64,000 bases of DNA from Lama glama. Taxonomy: Eukaryota. Below are positions 1 through 9,696 of the stretch, piece after piece. Position 1 is the first letter of the stretch; each line of letters starts with the position of its first letter. The DNA lies in the NCBI GenBank assembly GCA_028534125.1, contig CM052816.1, positions 82,462,001-82,526,000 on the forward strand. The letters are read 5' to 3'. Position numbers and translations under genes: made by a program. The notes under the pieces are model-generated. The model saw only the letters and a list, made by a program, of their open reading frames with translations, searched no databases and was not told the origin of the DNA.

Positions 1-204
1 CCTTTCTCACCTCCTCCCAGACATGCTACCCACCTCCTCCCAGTAGGTAAATAAAATCCTGAATTCTGATATCATAGCTAAGTTTCTCTGCTTTTGAATT
101 TTATTTAAATAGAACCATACACTGTGTACTTTTCAGAGTTTGGCTTCTTTTGCTCAATATTTGCTTCATGAGATTAATCACATTGTTTAATGTAGAAGAA
201 GTTA

Positions 205-262
205 TTTCTTTTTATTTTGTATATATATTTTTTATTGAAGTATAGTCAGTTAACAATGTATG
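205..262 (-). mobile_element. Short younger L1 3'-terminal fragment nested in the old L1
   Basis: tttttattgaagtatagtcagttaacaatgt is the antisense of the L1 3' terminus also seen at 9600, 23660, 38930 and 54660. Confidence 0.55.
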
Positions 263-267
263 TTTCT

Positions 268-401
268 ATTTTATGGATTAGAGATTCTTCTAAAGATTTT
301 AGATTTTATAGGTATTTATTTTATTTTACTGTTGATGAAAAATTTTTATAGATTAGAGATTCTTTTAGAGATTTTTTAGATAACTTATTTTACTGTTGAT
401 G
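268..401. repeat. Imperfect tandem duplication (~60-75 bp unit)
   Basis: gattagagattctt...ttattttactgttgatg occurs twice (about 268-337 and 343-401). Confidence 0.75.
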
Positions 402-1384
402 GACATTTCTTTCAGTTTTTGGCTGCTATAAACAATGATGCTATAAGCATTTATGTTCATGTCTTTTAGAACATGTGGGTACCCTTTGCTGGTTATATAC
501 CAGGAATAGAAATTGGGTCACAGAACATTTCTATATACAACTTTATAAGACATTACCAAAGGCATTCTTAAAGTTATTATACCAATGTGTACTTCTGTTT
601 GCAAAGCTGGAGTGTGAATTGGTGTGTAAGTTGGGAGTTCTTCACTAATACTCAGTATTGTCAGTGTTTTTAATTTTATCCATTAAAGTAGGAGTCTACT
701 GAAATCTTATTATGATTTTAATGAATATTTTCCTGAGGAATAATGAGTGCCTTTTTATATATTTATCGACCATCTGGATATCCTCTTTTGTGAAGTGCTT
801 CTTCCTCATGTCTTTTGTTCATTTTTCCAAGGGGATTTCTGGGATTTTTTGGTTGACATTTTAGAAGTTCTTTATTTATTTTGCCTACAAATCCTTTGTG
901 TGCTAAGTGTATTATAAACATATTTGTTACTGTTTTTTGATTCAATGTTCTCTTGGTGAAAAAAAATTTTACTCTCAATGTAGTCTGATTTATCAATTTT
1001 TCCATTTTTGTTTAATGCTTTTTATGTCCTATTTGAAAAATTTTGAGTGTCTCAAAGTCATGAAGATATTCTTTCATGTTATCACATAGAATTTTGTTAT
1101 CTTTTAGATTTAGATATATAAATCATTTGGAATTGAATTTTGGATATGGTGTAAGATTTTCTTTTTAATTTTTATGATATTTTATTTACTTGACATCATT
1201 TTTTGAAAAGACCATTCTTACTCCACTGATCTTTTCCACAAACCAAGTGTTTATATAGTTCAAATAATGTCAGAAACGTATTTTAAAGAGACAATATCTA
1301 TCATTAACATTGTCAGCCACATTTAGTACCGTAGTAACAGTGATATTTTAACAGTAAATGTTGAAATGTTAAACACTAATAACA

Positions 1385-1540
1385 TGCTTTTTTAAAACCT
1401 TTTTGTATCAGAATGACAATCTGATGAAAGCTTTGAACTCTGTTCACAGGAAAATGCTCATTACACAAAAAGTTTTGAATACAATTTTAAAGTTGTTTGT
1501 GAACATCTTAAGCCTATGTGTTCTGGTTTATGAACCCCTG
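1385..1540. mobile_element. hAT-Charlie-type MITE relic
   Basis: aatctgatgaaagctttgaactctgttcacaggaaaatgc...ggtttatgaacccctg resembles small Charlie-family MITE consensus; exact family uncertain. Confidence 0.55.
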
Positions 1541-1879
1541 AGTTATAATATCCCATGAATAAATGCTGCCATTTGACTGTATAACATGAAAGTTAAAAAG
1601 TAATTTTTAGAGAGAAAAGAATGGAGGCAGTGAATAAATTTCTTGAGCTTGTATTTGTATTATGCACAAAACATTTAACTTTGTGGTATAAGTATATCGT
1701 ATCTAAATTACATACATTTTTCTTTTCTCAGCAAGTTGACATTTACTTTGTACTCTGCAACTAAAGCAAAGAATGCTGAGTTTGGTGTCTAGTGTGAGAA
1801 ACCAAACTTCAATCAAACAGTAACTTATCTTTTGTAATAAAATGATGTGAAAAAAGCAGAAGTTGTTCTAAAAGTATGC

Positions 1880-2083
1880 TTTGAATAACCAGAGATAAAC
1901 TTTGAGTATTAGAGAGTGGTGTTCGTGGGCAAGATTCAAGGAAGTTAAGTCTGAATCATGAATATAAGTTACTAGTTAAAAGAGTGAGTGGATATAGAAC
2001 ATTCCAAAAAGAAGTAGCATCAAATAAAATATCCAAAAGGTATGCAAAAGCATGGTCAGTTTGAGAAAAAAAAAGCCAGCCTG
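1880..2083 (-). mobile_element. L2 fragment, left half of an L2 split by L1 insertion
   Basis: gaacattccaaaaagaagtagc...gcatggtcagtttgag...gccagcctg matches the purine-rich antisense L2 consensus and continues at 4747. Confidence 0.65.
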
Positions 2084-2616
2084 TATATTGATTTTGTATC
2101 CTGCAACTTTACCAGATTTATTGATGAGTTCTTGTAGTTTTCTGGTGGCATCTTTAGAATTTTCTATGTATAGTATCATGTCTTCTGCAAACAGTGACAG
2201 TTTTACTTCTTCCTTTCCAGTTTGAATTCCTTTTATTTCTTTTTCTTCTCTGATTGCTGTGGCTAGGACTTCCAAAATTATGTTGAATAAAAGTGGTGAG
2301 AGTGGGCTTCCTTGTCTTGTTCCTGATCTTAGAGGAAATGGTTTCAGATTTTCACCACTGAGTATAATGTTAGCTGCGGATTTGTCATATATGGCCTTTA
2401 TTATGTTGAAGTATGTTCCCTCTGAACCTGTTTTCTGGAGATTTTTTTTGTTATGCATCTATTGAGATGACCATATGGTTTTTATCCTTCAATTTGTTAA
2501 TGTGATGTAGCACATTGATTGATTTGCAGATATTGAAAAATCCTTGCATTCTTGAGATAAATCCCACTTGATTATGGTGTATGATCTTTTTAATGTATCA
2601 TTAGATTTGGTTTGCT
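2081..2616 (-). mobile_element. L1 ORF2 RT segment, inverted 5' part of a twin-primed L1
   Basis: ORF 1976..2458(-) encodes [24 protein letters not shown]...LFAEDMILY, the L1 RT motifs. Confidence 0.93.
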
Positions 2617-2619
2617 GTC

Positions 2620-4460
2620 AACAAAGTATCAGAAAGAGAGATTTAGGAAACAATCCCATTTACCATCATATCAAATAAAATGGCTATGACTAAACCTATC
2701 TAAGAAGGCAAAAGACCTGTACTCCAAAAACTCTAAGATATTGATGAAAGAAATTGTAGATGACACAAACAGATGGAAAGATATATCATGCTCTTGAATT
2801 GGAAGAATCAATATTGTTCAAATGACCATACTAGCCAAGGCAATATACAGATTCAGTGCAATCCCTAACAAAATACCAATGACATTTTTCACAGAACTAG
2901 AACAAGTAATTTTAAAATTTATATGGAAACACAAAAGACTCCAAATAGCCAAGACAATCTTGAGAAAGAAGAATGGAGCTGGAGGAATCATACTTCCTAA
3001 CTTCAAACTATATTACAAAGCTACAGTAATCAAAACAGAATAGTACTGGCAAAAAAACAGACACATAGATCAATGGAACAGAATAGAGAGCCCAGAAATA
3101 AACCCATGACTTATGGTCAGTTAATCTACTACAAAGGCAAAAATATACAATGGAGTGAAAACAGTCTTTTCAATAAGTGGTGCTGGGGAAACTAGACAGC
3201 TACATGTAAAATAATGAAATTAGAACATTCTCTAACACCACATACAAAAATAAACTTAAAATGGATTAAAGACCTGAGTGTAAGACCAGACACTGTAAAA
3301 TTCCTAGAGGAAGACAGGCAGAACAGTCTGTGACATAAATCACAGCAATATATTTTTTTTTGGATCTGTCTACTAAAGTAAAGGAAATAAAAGCAAAAAT
3401 AAACAAATGGGACTTAATTTAACTTAAAAGCTTTTGCACAGCAAAGGAAAACATAGGCAAAATGAAAATACAGTCTATTGAATGGGAGAAAATATTTGCA
3501 AATGATATGACCAATAAGGTATTAATATCCAATGTATATAAACAGCTCATACAACTCAACATCAAAAAAAAAAAAAAAGCCCAAGAAACCCAATTGAAAA
3601 ATGTGCAGAAAACCTGAATAGACATTTTTCCAAAGAAGACATGCAGATGGGCAGTAGGCACAAGAAGGAACATTGCTAATCTTCAGAGAAATGCAAATCA
3701 AAACCACAGTATCACCTCACACCTATCAGAATGACTATTATCAAAAAGAATACAAACAACAAACATTGGCAGCGACATGGAGTAAAGGGAATCCTTGTAC
3801 ACTGTTGATGGGATTGTAAATTGGTGCAGCCACTGTGAAAACAGTGTGGAGGTTTCTCAAAAAACTAAAAATAGCATTGCCATATGACCCAGCAATTTTA
3901 CTCCTGGGTATATATCCAAAAAAAGTGAAAATGTTAATTCGAAAAGATACATGCACTTTAGTGTTCGTAGCCACATTATTTACAGTTGTCAAAGTATGGA
4001 GGCAACCTAAGTGTCCATCAACACATGAATTATTGAAGAAGATGTGGTGTGTGTATATATATATAGGAATACTACTTGACTATAAGAAATATAGAAATTT
4101 TGCCATTTGCAGCAACATGGATGGACTTAGAGGACATTATGTATTGTGAAATAAGTCAGACAGAGAAAGACAAATACTGAATGATTTCACTTACATAACT
4201 TATCTGTGGAATCTAAAAAATAATATAAAAAAACTAGTGAATATAACAAAAAAGAAGCAGACTCACAGATCCAGAGAACATACTAGTGGTTACCAGTGTG
4301 GGGAGGGCAATGTACAGCTGGGGAAGAGGGAGGTATAAGCTACTGGGTGTAAGACAGGCTACAAGGATGCATTGTACCACACAGGGAATATATCTAATAT
4401 TTTGTAATAACTATAAACGGAAAGTTAAAAAAAATTAAATGCAAAAAAAAGGAAAAAAAT
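2620..4460 (+). mobile_element. L1 ORF2 3' part plus 3'UTR and A-rich tail (degenerate)
   Basis: ORF fragments [27 protein letters not shown] and [28 protein letters not shown] are L1 ORF2 C-terminal; A-rich tail at 4428-4459. Confidence 0.95.
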
Positions 4461-4739
4461 GAAAGAAGATGATGTGCTCTGGAAAATGGACTTGGAAGAC
4501 TGGCCCTAGTGAAGAACAAGATGCTGATATTCATGGTGTGTCGAAAGGGTTTGATTAAAAGTATTGCATTTTGAGTCATGAAAACTGATATTTCTACATT
4601 ATAAACATGATGTGATTTTTAAATATATGATTTAAACTATTAACCTATTAATCAATTTTTGTAAATTAACAAAAATGGTATGTGATTTTCAGTATGTGTA
4701 TGTAATTAAAATAATGCATTAAGTTTTATTTAAAAAAAA
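4461..4739 (+). other. Probable L1 3'-transduced flanking DNA
   Basis: Non-L1 sequence between the L1 tail and a second A-tract (4732-4739); ATTAAA at 4705-4710; lies inside the TSD pair. Confidence 0.65.
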
Positions 4740-4746
4740 CAGCCTG

Positions 4747-5320
4747 AGCTGTTGGTGAATATAAACCAAGGGAGGGGTGGCACCCAGAGCGGTTAAAGAG
4801 GTAGACAGGATTGGGGCCTTTCTTGAAGAGCACTTGGAAGCCAGAGTGGACTGGAGAGGCCAGCACAGTCAAGAGATGTTGGGTAGGACCAGGCGAAACA
4901 GTGAGAACTGGTGGGGTATGAAAGATATTGACCAGAGGAGAATTTATAGGATTTGGTGATAAAGATTCACTTTATGGGAAGGAAAGAAGGCCAGTCTCAA
5001 GAACTATCTCTAGGTTTTGGGATTATACAACTGAATAGATGGATAGAATTCATTGAGACAGAACAACTGTAAGATGTGACAAATGGCCAAGATTATTTTT
5101 TTCCTTTTTACATGGACAGAGTGCAGAGGTCATGCAATTAGTTTTGGATTTGTTGAGTTTGAACTGATTTTAAGGCATCTACACAGGAGGTTGAGTTGAC
5201 AATATGTAGATTGTTCTGCAGATCAGGGAAATGATCTGGCCAGAAGGCATACATTTGGAAGTCAGTGGAATTTAGATGGCATTTAAGGCTAAGGAAGGCT
5301 CTGCAGGATATGTATCGGGA
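4747..5320 (-). mobile_element. L2 fragment, right half
   Basis: gagctgttggtg...aagaggtagacagg and ttagttttggatttgttgagtttga...catttggaagtcag are antisense L2-like. Confidence 0.7.
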
Positions 5321-6030
5321 CAATGGTCTTTATTTCTCCTGGTCCAAGTTGGCTCTGTTTGAAATCAGCTAATTAAATATACTTTCACTTAAGAGCAAAT
5401 ATATAATAGCTGTCTCAGTCGCTGATAATTTATCAAGATCGTTTAGTAGGACAGGAGGCCTAAGCTGAGTTGTTGGACTTTCCATTAAGAAATTAAGAAA
5501 TGGCAACTTTGAGAGTGTATTTTATCCAAACAATTATGAAAAATGAAATGTCTCTTTTTTTTCCCTAAAACCAGAATTTGGCACCCTTAAGTGATTATGG
5601 TAACTATGGATTATTTCTGTAGGAAGATGTGAGTGTGCGTGTATGTGTGAAGTAAACTTGGTGCTAACTATCCGGATATATGTCTGTACTACTGTGTCTT
5701 TAGCCTTTCTTCATCAAAATCTCACAATTTTGTAAGTACTGTTTAGTGCAATGATACAGAAATACTTACAAGATTAGACTTTCTAGCTGTCTCCAGAACT
5801 AGGGAAATGAGTCAGTGGGCAGTAGGACAAAATATTCAATTGTGGGGGAGAGGTAGTTGTAGAAGAAGAGCTTCAGAACACTGATGGCTGGGCCTCTGGA
5901 AGATGAAGTTGCCACAACAACCTGCTGCTGCTAAAAAATGAATATGAGACTTACTCGTAGTTTTGCCTAAGGTTAATCCCGCCCCTTCCAGTGCCTGGCA
6001 CAACGTACTCCGTGCATTGGGTAATTACTG

Positions 6031-6251
6031 CAAGTTTTCTTTACCTTGACACTACTGACATTTTGGCTGGAAGATTCTTTCCTATGTGCTGTCCTATGTT
6101 CTGTGCTCTCATGTGCGTTGCTAACACCCCACTGGATGCCAGTGGCACCCCATCCTAGTTACGACAGCAAAAACAGCTCCAGATATTGCCAAATGTCTGT
6201 AGGATGGAGTGGTGGGGAGTGAGCAAAACTGCCCCCAGTTGAGAATCACTG
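6031..6251. mobile_element. MER20 (hAT-Charlie) DNA transposon
   Basis: cttgacactactgacattttgg...ccactggatgccagtggcaccc...ccagatattgccaaatgtc...cccccagttgagaatcactg follows the MER20 consensus. Confidence 0.85.
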
Positions 6252-6999
6252 ATTTATTGATCATGCAAACATTTCCTTTCTGAAAGATATTGATTATTCT
6301 GAGTCTTTTTTGTCCTCCCGACCCATATTGGAGAGGGTGGAAGGGTCTCTGAAAGTATGAGAGGGAGAGCCTCTTGGTGACCCTGTGGTCAGAAGCATAA
6401 GTCAGGCCAAGTCAGGTGCTGATGGCACATGTAGTGAGACAGGGTTCGAGGCTGTGGATTGTCTCTTAGCCAGCCAGGGTTCATCCGGGACACACACGCA
6501 TGCCTCTTTTATGCCTTCTAGGCTTTATGAAAGAAGGTTTTCACAAGATGACAGTGGAACCCTTGTGAGATATCTTAGCAGATAGGTCAGAGCTTGACTC
6601 TAGGGGTTAAAAGTTACCATTTAATTGACTCCTTTCTCTTTAGGTCAAATTACTTACAAAGAACTGTCTGAAAAATAAGGGAGTGAAACTGCCATTTCAT
6701 GAGCATGAAGTTTCCTTTCAAAATATAAAAATTGAATGACCAAAGAAGACGTATTTATGGACTTTCAGCTTGAATTTACTTACATATGTGACTAGTAATA
6801 TTATCTGACATATTTCTGTTCTGGCAGATCAAGTATGCCAAATGGATCAGCAGACATCTGCTGTACAAAATTAAGGGTTAAACAGTACTCAGTTGAGGCT
6901 GCAAGTCTTCATAATGCCTCTGCTTTCTAGGTGCATTTTTATTGTAAGGCTTACATCGAAGGAGACAATGTATATGCTGATAGGTTAAGGGTGATTCCT

Positions 7000-7700
7000 T
7001 AGAATAGCTCTGTCTGGAGGGGGAAAGCAATGTGTTCTTCACCAGCACTTCTCCTGGTGTCTTTGCCCATAGCTAGTTCACATTTCTCCGTGTAGTTCTA
7101 GAAAACACAGCTAAGCTGGATCCTGGCACGACACGCTGCAGGACGGCAGCCAAGTGGAAATGTGTATTGTTACGACAATAGAGGGATATAAAATCATGCT
7201 GGCTGCCGGCAGGAGTGGAAGCCTACTGACCTAAATGAACTCAACCAGAAATCCATTAAATGATTTAATTTTGGTCCATTCAGCTATCGATTATACTTAC
7301 AGCGCTGGGGCAGCAGCAGTAGCAGAATCAGAAGCAGCCGTGAAACCCTGAGCAGAATTATTAAGAGAAATTAACTACCGTATAAAGCGAGTGGGTGTCT
7401 GAGACGAAGGGGCTAGAAGAGCTAGAACAGTAATTTTCCAACAAGGCTGATTTATTCCTTGTGCAATGGGAAAAATAGATTTCTACCAATTGTTTATGTC
7501 AAAACATCAGAAGAGAACAGGTGTCTCAACATCTGAATGCAGTGGGATGCTCAACATTTTTTTGCCTTTCAAGAAACACTAAAAACAAATGAACAATAGG
7601 TTCGTGGACGGCAGGCCGTGAGATCTTTCACCCTGGAGAGGCTGTGCAGGGTACAAATGCTGCGTGGAATGGGAATGACAATATGTAGCTATTGTAAGGC
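7000..7700. promoter_or_regulatory. Candidate conserved non-coding / enhancer-like element
   Basis: No recognisable repeat; locally many retained CpGs; TGATTTAA (7261) and TGATTTAT (7448) PBX-HOX-like motifs; internal hairpin. Confidence 0.4.
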
Positions 7701-8789
7701 TCATAGTCACATTAAGAATATTAAGTGTAGAACCTGTTCACAGAGGTGAACTCAGCTGTGCCATAGTATTTGTATAGTAAGAGAGAAACATGTCTCTCTT
7801 TTTCCAGTGCCTTACCGTAAGCAAACTGTAACTCTAACTTCAAAACAAAATCCATACGCAAACAAAAAAAATATAAGCCCTTTATTTTAGGAAATGGAAA
7901 AATAGAATAATGAAAGATTCTCACTGTAGTTTAAGATACCGAGAATAGAGAAACATGGGTAGAATTCCAAAAAAGTCCTTTTCCAGATTTATGAAAGAAG
8001 TCTTAAAATATTCATAGAGCTTATAATTTTTACTTTTATTTCCACTAAGAATAAAACAAAGTGAGAATCCAATTGTTTGGGTCTTGTGAAGACCAAATTC
8101 TTGTTAGGATTGTAGGGAGTGAAGGATAGAAGAAAGGCTCATGTGACTGTGATGTTTTATTTTCAATGACTCAGAGTTTTGTCTGTGGCTTTCACTAGCT
8201 ATAACGGAGTGAAAGCAAAGGCAAGTTCTCTACAAGCCACTAAACTGTAACAAAGAGTTCATTTTTTTTAAAGCATGAGATGTATCAATACTTGATCCAG
8301 ACATAGAAAAGCAGATTTTTAGAATCGATTATTTACACCTTTTTCCATTATCAAATGAATATTGGTCACTAGAGATAAAGTGAAATCAATAATTCTGAAG
8401 TTAAGCTCAAACTTCTTGGCCTCCACAACACCTGCCTTGCTTCTGGAAGCAGAAGTGACTGTGGTCTCTTGTGATACACACTGGTCCTGATCTTTCTTTT
8501 GACCTTGGTTACATTCCAACAGTATAAGAAACAGCAAGACTAATAATATTAACGGTCATAGTCATACTCATTAGAGGATTCCTTTTCTTTGCAGAGAACT
8601 ACAAATTTTCATTTTATTTATTCCTCCCCTCCAAAGAAAGTCAGGACATTAATAGAAATAATAAAAGGAAAAAAAATTAGTTTGGGGAGTAGAGAATGAA
8701 ACTGGCTATGTGTACAGATTAATAATTCTAGTGATTAAAGTTGAAGAGAAAGATTTTCTGGATTCAAGTAATAATTTTGCAACTTACAA

Positions 8790-8960
8790 ATCCTAAGATC
8801 ATGGGAAGTGTATTTCTCTTTTCTGTCTCCTTATTGACCTTGTCTGTTAAATCAGGTTACTAATTCCACAACTTTTAGGGTTATTGTGAGGATTAAATGT
8901 ATCTTTTCCTGGCACATAGTAAGTGTATAATTAGTGCTAATACTATTTGCCATTATTATC
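8790..8960 (+). mobile_element. MIR SINE fragment
   Basis: tagggttattgtgaggattaaatg...cctggcacatagtaagtg MIR core and 3' part. Confidence 0.7.
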
Positions 8961-9571
8961 ATTTATGTCATTAGGTCACAGTTCAGATATTTTGAAGGAG
9001 GCTAGATTGGAAATTCCTGGATGGAAACATAATAGAAAATTGTGATGCCTTTTCATTCTTGAACCAAAATGAAAATATAGAAGAAAACCAAGATGTGTTG
9101 AAGACATGCTATTCACCAGATATTTTGGCATGTATTGTTTCAATTAATCTTCATATTAAGGCTCTGAGGAGGGTTTTGTCACCCATGTAGAGATGAGAGG
9201 ACCCAGAGTGAGAACAGTTTTAAGTTATCAAAATTCACACATACTAGCAGAAGCGTTTGAACCCAAATATGCTGAAAGTGTGCGTCTCTTTCCACTTCAT
9301 GACCCACGCACACTTTCCACTCTTCTTGGCTCCACAATACACCTGAGTCTTGGAATGTCAAGCCTGTACGGAAGTGCCCTTCCAGTCCCAGAGCTATTCC
9401 AGCAGGACAGCCTCAGGCTGCAAGAATCCAAGACTCCTCTGGGATGAAACTGATAGGTGTGACTTCAGGGGAGATGCTTCCTTTTCTACCCACTCCCCTT
9501 TAAGGTCCCAGACCCTATCAAAATCTTGGCAAAACTCTACGGCAGCGGTGCTCTACAGTCTGCTTTGCACG

Positions 9572-9696
9572 TGACAGTGGTTTTGTTTGTTTGTTTGTTT
9601 ATCTTTTTAATTGAAGTAGAGTTGATTTACAATGTTGGGTGAGTTTCTGATGTATGCTATTCAATATCTTATAATAACCTCGAATGACAGTGGTTT
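9572..9696 (-). mobile_element. Tiny 5'-inverted L1 3'-end insertion with 12-bp TSD
   Basis: TSD tgacagtggttt at 9572-9583 and 9685-9696; (gttt)n tail; antisense L1 terminus followed by a sense L1 3'UTR piece. Confidence 0.8.

Larger units (their letters stand above)
1..1250 (-). mobile_element. Old LINE-1 (L1M-type) 3' portion, antisense
   Basis: T-rich strand with typical L1 3'UTR/ORF2-end antisense phrases (ggctgctataaacaatgatgctat, ctggatatcctcttttgtgaagtg, ttttgaaaagaccattc); boundaries approximate. Confidence 0.75.

Noticed and set aside
1976..4149. ORFs with reverse-transcriptase-like peptides as host genes
   Set aside because: They are frameshifted, stop-interrupted L1 ORF2 fragments; the same holds for the ORFs at 23949-25541 and 56440-58352
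6644..6678. Plus-strand acceptor followed by GQITYKELSEK*, reminiscent of an EF-hand end
   Set aside because: Only 11 residues, no upstream partner exon and no recognised protein; compatible with chance
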